The notes under the pieces are model-generated. The model was not told the origin of the DNA and did no database searches. It saw only the letters and a list, made by a program, of their open reading frames with translations. A stretch of DNA of 39,178 nucleotides from a virus (taxonomy: Duplodnaviria > Caudoviricetes): positions 1 through 39,178 of the IMG/VR virus record IMGVR_UViG_3300033405_000040. The stretch is one strand, 5' to 3'. Both the position numbers and the translations under genes were made by a program. This document shows, in pieces, positions 30,001-37,392 of the stretch; the first letter of the stretch is position 1, and every line of letters starts with the position of its first letter.

Positions 30001-32983
30001 CACCTGTTGCACCTTGTGGCCCAGTGGCACCAGTTACTCCATCAGCCCCTGTGGCTCCGTCAGGACCTGTAGCCCCTGTTACTCCATCAGTTCCAGTTGC
30101 ACCTTGCGGTCCAGTTGGTCCTGTGGCTCCAGTAACTCCATCAGGCCCGGTTGCTCCTGTGACTCCGGGACTACCTTGAGGACCTGTTGCGCCTTGCGGA
30201 CCCGTAGCGCCTGTTACTCCGTCTGCACCAGTCGGACCTTGTGGACCTGTCGGTCCTGTGGCCCCGGTGGCACCATCAATTCCAGTTGCTCCTTGAGGTC
30301 CTGTGGCTCCAGTAATTCCAGGTGATCCCTGTGTACCTTGTGGTCCTGTAGCTCCGGTAACTCCATCTGCTCCAGTAGCACCTGTGACACCCGGAGATCC
30401 CTGTGGGCCAGTTGCGCCAGTTGCGCCTTGGGGTCCAGTGGCACCAGTTACTCCGTCTGCACCAGTTGCTCCATCTGCACCAGTTGCTCCGGTGATTCCA
30501 GGTGAACCTTGAGTGCCTTGTGGTCCAGTTGCACCAGTTACTCCATCAACCCCGGTTGCACCTTGTGGGCCCGTAGGTCCGGTTGCACCAGTTACTCCAT
30601 CTGCACCAGTTGCTCCAGTTACTCCATCGACACCAGTGGCCCCTTGGGGTCCAGTTGAACCAGTTACACCATCGACACCAGTAGCACCTTGTGGCCCAGT
30701 TGCGCCAGTTACCCCTGGTGATCCTTGAGGACCTGTAGCCCCCGTTACACCGTTTGAACCTGTCGCCCCTTGAGGACCGGTAGGTCCAGTTACTCCAGTA
30801 ACACCATCGGCACCAGTTGCTCCCTGTGAGCCTGTAGGTCCAGTAGCACCGGTTGCACCTTGTGGGCCAGTCGCGCCAGTAGCTCCAGGAGATCCTTGTG
30901 TGCCTTGAGGACCTGTCGCGCCTTGGGGTCCAGTGACACCAGTTACTCCATCAATTCCAGTTGCACCTTGGGGTCCAGTCGCGCCCGTTACACCTGGGCT
31001 GCCTTGCGGACCCGTAGCTCCTGTTGGACCAGTGGCTCCGGTAACACCTTGAGGACCAGTGGCTCCGGTAACACCGGGCGATCCTTGTGGACCAGTCGTG
31101 CCAGGTGATCCTTGCGTTCCTTGGGGGCCAGTAGCTCCTGTGACTCCAGTTGCTCCAGGAGAGCCCTGTGTTCCTTGTGCTCCAGTCGGACCAGGAGATC
31201 CTTGCGGTCCAGTTGCACCAGTAACTCCATCAGCTCCATTCGCACCGGTCGGGCCTTGAGCACCGGTCGGGCCTTGAGGACCTGGAAGTCCAGTAGCTCC
31301 TCGAGGACCTGGCGTACCTTGAATACCTTGCGGTCCGGGTGGACCAGTAGGACCTGTCGCACCCGTAGGGCCTGTTGCGCCAGTTACTCCATCTGCACCA
31401 GTAGCGCCTTGTGGACCTGTGGCTCCTTGTGGACCGGTCGGGCCAGTTGGCCCGGTAGCGCCTGTAATCCCTTGTGGACCCGTAGCACCTTGCGGCCCAG
31501 TAGCACCCTGCGGCCCAGTTGGACCGGTTGCACCAGTAACTCCTTGTGGGCCAGTCGCTCCTTGAGGACCAGTTGGACCAGTAACGCCTTGTGGCCCAGT
31601 AGGTCCGGTTGCACCAGTTACTCCCGGGGAACCCTGTGTACCTTGCGGTCCAGTTGGTCCAGTAACACCAGGTGATCCTTGTGTGCCCTGTGTGCCTTGA
31701 GGACCAGTAGGACCAGTTGAACCAGTGATTCCTTGCGGTCCCGTCGATCCTTGCGGTCCCGTAGCGCCTATTGGACCGGTCGCGCCTGTAACTCCTTGAG
31801 GACCGGTCGCGCCTGTAACTCCGGGAGATCCTTGTGGACCAGTTGGACCTTGCGGTCCCGTAGCACCAGTGGGTCCAGTCGCGCCTTGCGGCCCGGTCGC
31901 CCCCGTGGGTCCAGTTGCGCCCTGAGGACCCGTGGGTCCAGTTGCGCCCGTTACACCTTGAAGTCCGGTCGCACCTTGTGGACCAGTCGCACCTTGTGGA
32001 CCTGTTGGTCCGGTCACTCCGGTGACACCCGTCGCGCCCTGAAGTCCCGTCGCGCCCTGTGGGCCAGTAACACCAGGAGAACCCTGCGGTCCGGTCGTTC
32101 CGGGGCTTCCTTGGGCACCCGTAGCTCCAGTGACTCCTTGCGGACCAGTTGCGCCTTGAGGACCAGTTGCGCCTGTTACTCCAGGGTTGCCTTGAGGGCC
32201 TGGTAGTCCTGTGGCGCCTCGGGGGCCAGGAGTCCCTTGGATACCTTGTGGCCCCGGAGGACCCGTGGGTCCAGTTGGACCAGTAGCACCGGTAACTCCA
32301 GGCGATCCTTGCGTCCCTTCAGGACCAGTTGCACCTTCAGGACCAGTTGCACCAGCGGGGCCTGTGGGTCCAGTCGCACCCGTAACGCCTTGAAGGCCCG
32401 TCGCTCCTTGAGGTCCAGTTGGACCAGTCTCTCCAATAGAACCGGTTACTCCTTGCGGACCAGTAGGGCCTGTAGCACCCGTCACACCTTGCGGGCCAGT
32501 AGCGCCGGTAACTCCCGGAGATCCTTGAGGTCCAACTGGACCAGGAGAACCTTGCGTTCCTTGAGCTCCTGTTGAACCCTGAGGCCCAGTGTTTCCTTGT
32601 GGCCCAGTAGCTCCAGTGACCCCTTGAGCTCCTGTAACACCGGTCACACCATCGGCGCCCGTTGAACCTTGAGGTCCAGTCGCTCCAGTTGCTCCCTGCG
32701 GACCAGTGGGGCCCGTAGCTCCCGTAACACCTTGCGAACCAGTTGCACCTTCAGGACCAGTTGAACCTTGAGGTCCAGTCGGTCCTGTCGCACCAGTTAC
32801 TCCATCAACTCCAGTTGCACCCTGAGGTCCAGTCGCTCCTTGAGGTCCAGTTGCACCGGTAACCCCGTCAACTCCGGTCGGGCCCTGAATACCTGTCGGC
32901 CCTGGTGATCCTTGCGGGCCTTCAGGGCCTGTAGCGCCGGTCACTCCAGAACGACAAGGTGCTCCTCGAGGATTATCGATCAT
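24086..32983 (-). CDS. Giant Thr-rich collagen-like protein (2965 aa)
   Basis: 12-aa N-terminus, about 2860 aa of Gly-X-Y ([18 protein letters not shown]) with one visible interruption (GPF-G-GPQ), and a 93-aa C-terminal domain with three TYTGNxLT repeats. Confidence 0.95.
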   Translation of the reverse strand: MIDNPRGAPCRSGVTGATGPEGPQGSPGPTGIQGPTGVDGVTGATGPQGATGPQGATGVDGVTGATGPTGPQGSTGPEGATGSQGVTGATGPTGPQGATGATGPQGSTGADGVTGVTGAQGVTGATGPQGNTGPQGSTGAQGTQGSPGPVGPQGSPGVTGATGPQGVTGATGPTGPQGVTGSIGETGPTGPQGATGLQGVTGATGPTGPAGATGPEGATGPEGTQGSPGVTGATGPTGPTGPPGPQGIQGTPGPRGATGLPGPQGNPGVTGATGPQGATGPQGVTGATGAQGSPGTTGPQGSPGVTGPQGATGLQGATGVTGVTGPTGPQGATGPQGATGLQGVTGATGPTGPQGATGPTGATGPQGATGPTGATGPQGPTGPQGSPGVTGATGPQGVTGATGPIGATGPQGSTGPQGITGSTGPTGPQGTQGTQGSPGVTGPTGPQGTQGSPGVTGATGPTGPQGVTGPTGPQGATGPQGVTGATGPTGPQGATGPQGATGPQGITGATGPTGPTGPQGATGPQGATGADGVTGATGPTGATGPTGPPGPQGIQGTPGPRGATGLPGPQGPTGAQGPTGANGADGVTGATGPQGSPGPTGAQGTQGSPGATGVTGATGPQGTQGSPGTTGPQGSPGVTGATGPQGVTGATGPTGATGPQGSPGVTGATGPQGATGIDGVTGVTGPQGATGPQGTQGSPGATGATGPQGATGATGPTGSQGATGADGVTGVTGPTGPQGATGSNGVTGATGPQGSPGVTGATGPQGATGVDGVTGSTGPQGATGVDGVTGATGADGVTGATGPTGPQGATGVDGVTGATGPQGTQGSPGITGATGADGATGADGVTGATGPQGATGATGPQGSPGVTGATGADGVTGATGPQGTQGSPGITGATGPQGATGIDGATGATGPTGPQGPTGADGVTGATGPQGATGPQGSPGVTGATGPDGVTGATGPTGPQGATGTDGVTGATGPDGATGADGVTGATGPQGATGADGVTGATGADGATGPQGSPGVTGFTGPQGATGPTGPQGTQGSPGITGATGPQGATGADGTTGATGPTGPQGATGADGVTGATGPTGPQGSTGPQGSPGVTGATGPQGATGVDGVTGATGPTGPQGATGADGVTGATGPTGPQGATGSQGATGSDGVTGATGPQGSPGITGATGPTGPQGTQGSPGVTGATGADGVTGATGPTGPQGSPGITGATGPQGATGADGVTGATGPQGTQGSPGVTGATGPTGPQGSPGVTGVTGADGVTGATGPQGVTGATGPTGPQGATGADGVTGATGPTGPQGTQGSPGVTGATGPQGATGSDGVTGATGPQGATGADGATGATGPTGPQGTQGSPGVTGATGPQGATGADGVTGATGPTGPQGTQGSPGITGATGPTGPQGSPGVTGATGPDGATGPQGSPGTTGATGPTGPQGTQGTQGSPGITGATGAQGATGADGVTGATGPTGPQGATGPQGTQGSPGVTGATGPTGPQGSPGVTGATGADGVTGATGPTGPQGATGPQGTQGSPGVTGLTGATGPQGSPGVTGATGPQGATGVDGVTGATGPQGSPGVTGATGPTGPQGTQGSPGVTGFTGPQGTQGSPGVTGATGADGVTGATGPTGPQGATGPQGTQGSPGITGVTGATGPQGSPGVTGATGPQGTQGSPGVTGVTGPTGPQGSPGVTGATGSQGATGATGPTGPQGSTGPQGTQGSPGVTGTTGATGPTGPQGATGPQGTQGSPGITGVTGATGPTGPQGTQGSPGVTGATGPTGPQGTQGSPGVTGATGPQGSPGVTGATGPQGVTGSTGPQGTQGSPGVTGLTGATGPTGPQGATGPQGSPGVTGATGPTGPQGSTGPQGSPGVTGVTGPQGTQGSPGVTGATGPQGATGFTGPQGTQGSPGVTGATGPTGPQGITGATGPQGITGATGPQGITGATGPQGTQGSPGVTGLTGATGPQGSPGVTGATGPTGPQGSPGATGATGPTGPQGTQGSPGVTGLTGATGPTGPQGPTGPQGTQGSPGVTGATGPTGPQGTTGATGPQGTQGSPGVTGVTGATGPQGTQGSPGVTGSTGPQGATGATGPTGPQGATGPQGTQGSPGVTGLTGSTGPQGTQGSPGVTGATGPQGATGATGPTGPQGATGPQGSQGSPGVTGVTGATGPQGSPGATGATGPTGPQGATGPQGTQGSPGVTGVTGPQGTQGSPGITGPTGPTGPVGATGPQGTQGSPGVTGVTGATGPQGATGPQGTQGSPGITGVTGATGPQGTQGSPGVTGATGPTGPQGATGPTGPQGATGPQGTQGSPGVTGLTGATGPTGPQGATGPQGAQGSPGITGVTGATGPTGPQGSPGVTGATGPTGPQGATGPQGTQGSPGVTGVTGSTGPQGTQGSPGVTGVTGVTGPTGPQGATGPQGTQGSPGVTGATGPTGPQGATGFTGPQGSPGVTGLTGATGPTGPQGTQGSPGVTGFTGATGPQGSPGVTGATGPTGPTGPQGSPGVTGATGPQGATGVQGTQGSPGVTGATGPTGPQGSPGVTGVTGATGPTGPKGSTGPQGTQGTQGSPGVTGATGPTGPQGATGPQGTQGSPGVTGVTGATGPQGTQGSPGVTGPQGSPGVTGATGPTGPQGATGPQGTQGSPGITGVTGSQGATGPTGPQGTQGSPGVTGATGPIGPAGATGPQGTQGSPGVTGLTGATGPQGSTGPQGITGSTGPTGPQGTQGTQGSPGVTGPTGPQGTQGSPGVTGATGPTGPQGAMGPQGSPGVTGATGPTGARGVTGATGPQGTQGSPGVTGVTGPQGATGVTGARGATGPFGGPQGTQGSPGATGATGPQGTQGSPGVTGATGPTGPRGSTGVTGPQGTQGSPGVTGATGPQGATGPSYFNDVLLACNDPVWVTNNYAATYTGNKLTRETWTNASTGNLIKSIDYTYTGNKLTQEVRKIYDSTGTIVIGEVTIVYTYTGNTLTSYTETRNI
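24747..24925. repeat. 179-bp direct repeat, copy A (partner 31587-31765)
   Basis: By-eye alignment gives 176/179 identity at an offset of 6840 bp. Confidence 0.85.
27183..27271. repeat. 27-bp tandem repeat, about 3.3 copies, in the collagen gene
   Basis: GGACC(A/G)GTTGCACCTGTAATCCCTTGC, encoding (GPQGITGAT)n on the minus strand. Confidence 0.9.
31587..31765. repeat. 179-bp direct repeat, copy B (partner 24747-24925)
   Basis: See copy A. Confidence 0.85.
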
Positions 32984-32986
32984 GAG

Positions 32987-34264
32987 TCAGCTGGAAGCCG
33001 TTAGAGTGATACCAAGTGTGCCTGGTGCTCCAGGAACTCCTTTCTCTGAGGCAATCAGTCTGACTGTGGTGCTCCCACCGGGAATGGTGACGTAAAGAAT
33101 GAAACTAATGGGATTATTGTCTTGAGGCGCAGGACCATCCAAATCTTGCAGAAACATGTTTTGAGTGGAGTATGGAGAAGAAATTGTGATGCAAGAATCA
33201 ACAAGAGTCTCCTGAGTCTCTTCAACACCGTTTCCCCACAGGATATAGAAAGTCGGGAAGCCCCCTGGAGCTCCACGAGTGTAGGTGATATAGAAAGTCA
33301 CATGATGCACCCCGTGTGGAATCATGTAGGGCGGTTGACTGGTGACATTCCCACTCGGCGGCAGGATTTGAGTCAACAGATGGACGGTCCGTGGAATCTC
33401 AAACGGACAGCATGAACCACTTGGGGGAATTGGTGGCACAGGGATCGGAGGAATAACAGGCCCACATGGAGCCGGCGAGTATGAATTAAACGTAGGCCCG
33501 CAACCACAAGGCTCAGGTTCTGAACAATTAGAAAGAAATAATGGCGCCAGAATTACTGGAGCGCGAGAACACGGATCGAAGCAAGACGTGCCGCACAGAA
33601 CAGGCAAAAGTGGTGTGTAAGGGTTAGGAGGATTGATGACTGAGAAGCGCATCGATCTCGACTCGAGCGGCGAGTCAGAGCAAGCCATCCATTCCCAAGT
33701 GATAAGATAATCACCACTACAAACTGAGATATGCCATACGGCATAGTATTCACCAAGACATGCATTCACTGCATAAGTCTTGGGCGAAACGCACCGCCCC
33801 ACAGCATCATAAATTGTCCAGAAAACTGCAAAGGCGTTGATCGGCACGCCATCAGAGTTTTTCAAGAAAAGTGGCAGGTCACCACGTCGAGTCGTATAAC
33901 CGGACAAATATGTAAACTCGCCCGGCTTAGGAATGGCTTCCTCAGTGAGAGGCTGGCAGCCGTAACTCGAAGGATCGACTACGAAAAACTGTTCAGTAAA
34001 TCTGCGAGCAGGAAGCCCTGATTCTGGGCGAACTTCCCAGTCAATGCGATAATTTCCGTTTTTCGCGTTAGCAAACCAAGGGGCATAGTATTCACCCACT
34101 TTGGCTCGAATTGCTGGTAATCTTTTACCAGATGTCAATACTCCATCAGAAGCAAACACGGTCCAGAGGACCTCAAATGCATCTTGAGGATAGCCAGAGT
34201 CATTACTCAAGTAGAGCCTGAGGTCTCCTCTGGATAGCGCACTTCGAATGAGAAAGGCCGCCAT
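32987..34264 (-). CDS. Protein with two tandem Ig-like repeats, Cys/Pro-rich linker and C-terminal beta-domain
   Basis: RGDLxLxLxN...P.[DN]AF.V.WT...GEYYA.W...G.Y.I.WE occurs twice; linker PVLCGTSCFDPC...PCGCGP...GSCCP. Confidence 0.75.
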   Translation of the reverse strand: MAAFLIRSALSRGDLRLYLSNDSGYPQDAFEVLWTVFASDGVLTSGKRLPAIRAKVGEYYAPWFANAKNGNYRIDWEVRPESGLPARRFTEQFFVVDPSSYGCQPLTEEAIPKPGEFTYLSGYTTRRGDLPLFLKNSDGVPINAFAVFWTIYDAVGRCVSPKTYAVNACLGEYYAVWHISVCSGDYLITWEWMACSDSPLESRSMRFSVINPPNPYTPLLPVLCGTSCFDPCSRAPVILAPLFLSNCSEPEPCGCGPTFNSYSPAPCGPVIPPIPVPPIPPSGSCCPFEIPRTVHLLTQILPPSGNVTSQPPYMIPHGVHHVTFYITYTRGAPGGFPTFYILWGNGVEETQETLVDSCITISSPYSTQNMFLQDLDGPAPQDNNPISFILYVTIPGGSTTVRLIASEKGVPGAPGTLGITLTASS

Positions 34265-34268
34265 GTAC

Positions 34269-34673
34269 TCACTGCTTCACAAAAGAGGCGTTTAGACCGC
34301 CGCTTGGCCCCGAAGATGCAAGTGCTCCGGCAGGAACCACGTCATAATCACGGATGAGTTCAACCCCGAGGCCGACGTTGGTGAAGATGAGACGCCAATA
34401 ACCGACTCGATCTGGGAAGAATCGAACGGAATAATAAGTCAGCCAGGGTGCCGCCAACTCATAGAAATAAACCGTTCCAGAAGCCACGGACGAATCTGGA
34501 ACCAGTGTTCCGTCTTGAAATGGCCAAGCTTGGGGAACATTGTTATAAAAAAGCTTGGGCGCCAAATTAGCTAGAGTGATACCGGTGGCCCGAACAATCC
34601 CGCCCGGAGGGTTGTAAAAATCGAGCTGATCGTAGACGATGGCACCTGCAGATACGAGTCGACCCATACCCAC
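34269..34673 (-). CDS. Small beta-rich hypothetical protein, possibly Ig-like
   Basis: 134 aa; YYSVRFFPDRVGYWRLIF; first gene of the fibre module. Start may be the ATG at 34667. Confidence 0.65.
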   Translation of the reverse strand: MGMGRLVSAGAIVYDQLDFYNPPGGIVRATGITLANLAPKLFYNNVPQAWPFQDGTLVPDSSVASGTVYFYELAAPWLTYYSVRFFPDRVGYWRLIFTNVGLGVELIRDYDVVPAGALASSGPSGGLNASFVKQ

Positions 34674-34701
34674 GTCAGAAATAAGTGTCTTAAGCGGTTG
34701 G

Positions 34702-34711
34702 TCGGTATGAT
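34702..34711 (+). promoter_or_regulatory. -10 element TCGG-TATGAT, leaderless promoter of the ATPase gene
   Basis: Ends 6 nt before ATG 34718; no Shine-Dalgarno. Confidence 0.65.
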
Positions 34712-34717
34712 TTATCC

Positions 34718-36220
34718 ATGACTAATGGGTTCGATGGCGGATTTGGAGGAAGAGGGTTTGGCGGGAGAATGAGCCAAGATAATTCTCATCTCCAGGAAGA
34801 ACTTGCAGATTTGCGAGCATCTCTCGAGCATATGGAAACTGCGCCCTGTCCGCGCGCCACGGTTGTGAGCGTCACCGATAGATTCGTGCTTTTAGCTGCC
34901 GGATCAGGATCAATTCTTGAAGTACCAAAGCCAGGTGTTAGCTGGGCTTCGAAATTAAAGACCGGAGTTGTGGTCAAATGTCTATCTGAAAATATGGCTA
35001 TCCTTGGGATTGTCGAGAATCCTGAATCTCTCGGTGAGATTTCAACCGTCCGAACAGACGGTAAAGGCGGCTTCTGCGAAATCGATTACAAAGGAAACGC
35101 CAAACTCATTCGATACGGCTTCAGCCCCGATCCGGAAGCAGGAGATCGCATTGTAGTTGATAGCACTGGTTCCGTCGCCATTAAATCTCTCGGGAAAGAC
35201 GACACAAAATTCTCCTTCACGGGGACTACAGGGATCTCATGGGATGATATTGGCGGTCTAGATCAGGCCAAACTAGATTTGCAAGAAGCCGTAGAGCTGC
35301 CCTTCAAATACGCAGAGCTCTACAAGGCATACGGAAAGAAACCCGCTCGAGGCGTTATGCTATATGGACCTCCGGGATGCGGAAAGACTTTGCTCGCGAA
35401 GGCAGTTGCAACAGCCATGAGCAAAATCCATGGAGGTTCCGCTGCCGAAACCGGCTTCATTTATGTGAAAGGACCGGAGCTTCTAGATAAATTCGTCGGC
35501 ATGACTGAAGCGCAAATTCGAGCTCTCTTCTCGAGAACTCGAAATCATTACAAGAAACATAAATACCCAGCTGTCTTGTTCATCGACGAAGCGGACGCTT
35601 TGCTCGGGAAGCGAGATGCTCGCCTAAATATGGGAACCGAGACTACGGTTGTCCCTCAATTTCTAAGCGAAATGGACGGGCTCGACGATGCAAAATGCGT
35701 CATTCTACTAGCTACGAATCGTCCCGATACATTGGATCCAGCCGTCACACGCGAGGGACGTGTAGACATCAAAGTCCGGGTTACACGTCCTGAACAAAAG
35801 GATGTCGAAGCCATCATGCGTTTGAGTTTGTCCAAAATTCCAACTATCGGAGATCCCATGGACAAACTAGTGGAACTCGGGACTCGAAGTCTCTTGAGCC
35901 CGTCGCACGTGCTCTACGAAATCACACTCAAAACTCGAAAGACTGAAAAATTCACGCTCGCCAATATGATTTCTGGAGCCATGGTAGCAACAATGGTCGA
36001 CAAAGCGACCACATTAGCTATCCACGATGATATTAAAAGAGGTGGTCCACCAAAAGGTCTCAAGGCTGACCATATTCAAGAAGCCGTGCGACTAATCTTC
36101 CAGCAGAACCTTCATACTAATCATGATGAAGCCCTGGAGGACTTCTGTGAACCATTCCACGATCAAGTTGAAAAGATCAGACGCCCGAACGAGAAATCAT
36201 CTCTTTTATTACTATCTTAA
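34718..36220 (+). CDS. arc: ARC/Mpa-family proteasomal-type AAA+ ATPase
   Basis: Short coiled coil and OB-like region, WDDIGGL...AVELPF, Walker A GPPGCGKT, VKGPELLDKFVG, Walker B LFIDE, ETTVVPQFLSEMDG, SGAMV..MVDKA, as I recall from Mpa/ARC. C-terminus SSLLLLS has no GQYL/HbYX. Confidence 0.85.
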   Translation: MTNGFDGGFGGRGFGGRMSQDNSHLQEELADLRASLEHMETAPCPRATVVSVTDRFVLLAAGSGSILEVPKPGVSWASKLKTGVVVKCLSENMAILGIVENPESLGEISTVRTDGKGGFCEIDYKGNAKLIRYGFSPDPEAGDRIVVDSTGSVAIKSLGKDDTKFSFTGTTGISWDDIGGLDQAKLDLQEAVELPFKYAELYKAYGKKPARGVMLYGPPGCGKTLLAKAVATAMSKIHGGSAAETGFIYVKGPELLDKFVGMTEAQIRALFSRTRNHYKKHKYPAVLFIDEADALLGKRDARLNMGTETTVVPQFLSEMDGLDDAKCVILLATNRPDTLDPAVTREGRVDIKVRVTRPEQKDVEAIMRLSLSKIPTIGDPMDKLVELGTRSLLSPSHVLYEITLKTRKTEKFTLANMISGAMVATMVDKATTLAIHDDIKRGGPPKGLKADHIQEAVRLIFQQNLHTNHDEALEDFCEPFHDQVEKIRRPNEKSSLLLLS

Positions 36221-36225
36221 CTAAT

Positions 36226-36468
36226 TTATTCAAAGCACAATTGCTTGAAATGTTGGATCTGTTGCGCGTATTGATTCGCGACTACTTTTGCTTGGCCTGA
36301 ATAAAACGCCTCACGCATCTGTTGCATCGTCCCACCGACATTCGTAAAAACGAAGTGGACACGAGAGCCAGCTTTGCGTTTGCGCAAATATGTACACCCA
36401 GCTATCGCAAAGTATGCGGCCAGATAAATATCATGAGTCTCGTACGTCTGGTCTAGGTCTTCAGGCAT
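36226..36468 (-). CDS. DUF5659-like small protein
   Basis: YETHDIYLAAYF...RVHFVF...FYSG pattern. Confidence 0.6.
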   Translation of the reverse strand: MPEDLDQTYETHDIYLAAYFAIAGCTYLRKRKAGSRVHFVFTNVGGTMQQMREAFYSGQAKVVANQYAQQIQHFKQLCFE

Positions 36469-36521
36469 CTGATTTCCAAATCTCGTATTCGCGTCGACTG
36501 CAAAACATTACCAGTGGCATT

Positions 36522-37358
36522 TCAAATACGACTTTGAATAGCACGAGCCGAACGTGCGCTACGAGAACCTCTCAATCGAGAACAAACACGACATTCTCGA
36601 GAACCTCTTGGATTAACATAAGTGTTATCTGGAGTGTATTCATGACCTCGGGAGCAATGAGTCTTAAACTTATTTAGACTAGCACCAGTTAATAGACCTG
36701 ATTGACACCGCTCACGAAAATTAGGATTTTCCCACAACTTCGCGTTATTAGATCGATATTCATCAGTCCACATCGCAGATGAAGATTTAGATCTCTTTGC
36801 TCGACTCTCAGGACGAGCAAAAGCTTCTTTCATTGCAGAAGCTGCATGGTTTTTAACTGCGGGATCAGAATACGCTTCTCGATTGGATGCAGTAACCTGC
36901 TGCCGGAATTCAGGATCATTCCAAAGAGATTGAGATCTTTGGGATCTTTCAGCAGATGTAATACTAGAATTTGCACGATCAAGATCTGCTAATCGCGCAG
37001 CTCGGAATTCAGGGTCATCCCAAGGATTCCGATGAATCGGATGAGGAATATGCGCACCACCCTTCGCGAGGTTGAATCCCTTCTCGGGATTCCTTGTATC
37101 ATAAAATTCAATCCAGCATTCTTCTGCGAGATTAGCGGTTTCCAAATCATCGCAATATGCAAGAATACGATGAATAAATGCATGTTTCCCATATTTACGA
37201 ATCGCAGCCCAAAAATGAGCGCAGCCCTTGCCCTTTTTGGCCTTAGCGTTGGAAACATGTTGATTCCAACGCTTCATCATTGTGAGCTTCGTAAGCCCGA
37301 TGTAACGGCGACCAGATTCAGTATGAATGTGGCAGTAAATAGTCCAGCGAGTTCCCAT
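36522..37358 (-). CDS. Free-standing GIY-YIG homing endonuclease with C-terminal zinc-binding module
   Basis: TIYCH...RRYIGLT...RW..H...AIRKYG...E..WI...GFNL..GG; helical W.[DN]P.FR repeats; KTHCSRGHEYTPDNTY...RECRVC. Confidence 0.85.
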   Translation of the reverse strand: MGTRWTIYCHIHTESGRRYIGLTKLTMMKRWNQHVSNAKAKKGKGCAHFWAAIRKYGKHAFIHRILAYCDDLETANLAEECWIEFYDTRNPEKGFNLAKGGAHIPHPIHRNPWDDPEFRAARLADLDRANSSITSAERSQRSQSLWNDPEFRQQVTASNREAYSDPAVKNHAASAMKEAFARPESRAKRSKSSSAMWTDEYRSNNAKLWENPNFRERCQSGLLTGASLNKFKTHCSRGHEYTPDNTYVNPRGSRECRVCSRLRGSRSARSARAIQSRI

Positions 37359-37364
37359 ATGAGA

Positions 37365-37374
37365 ACTATACCGA
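37365..37374 (-). promoter_or_regulatory. -10 element TCGG-TATAGT, leaderless promoter of the endonuclease gene
   Basis: Ends 6 nt before ATG 37358. Confidence 0.65.
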
Positions 37375-37392
37375 ACCGATATTCGAAAGCCG

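Noticed and set aside
24500-32600. Dozens of short ORFs in other frames or antisense within the collagen gene
   Set aside because: They are shadows of the Gly-X-Y codon periodicity, with no independent coding signal.
24086-32983. CRISPR array or diversity-generating retroelement in the repetitive region
   Set aside because: Repeats are coding triplets without unique spacers, and no cas or reverse transcriptase gene is in the window. The three mismatches between the 179-bp copies are synonymous third-position changes.
11302-32989. Genome-wide TGA reassignment suggested by in-frame junctions at 11305, 22392 and 32987
   Set aside because: Genes are full length in the standard code, and many TGA stops sit in ATGA/GTGA coupling overlaps (5559, 6134, 14832, 15962, 16912, 24086), so TGA is a working stop.
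12194-34264. Chromosomal exosporium (bclA) locus of a spore-former
   Set aside because: No sporulation or housekeeping genes are visible, and the flanks are virion-type genes sharing domains with this module.
36469-37392. Group I intron around the GIY-YIG gene
   Set aside because: Flanks are only about 35-55 nt, too short for a ribozyme core, and both neighbours look intact.
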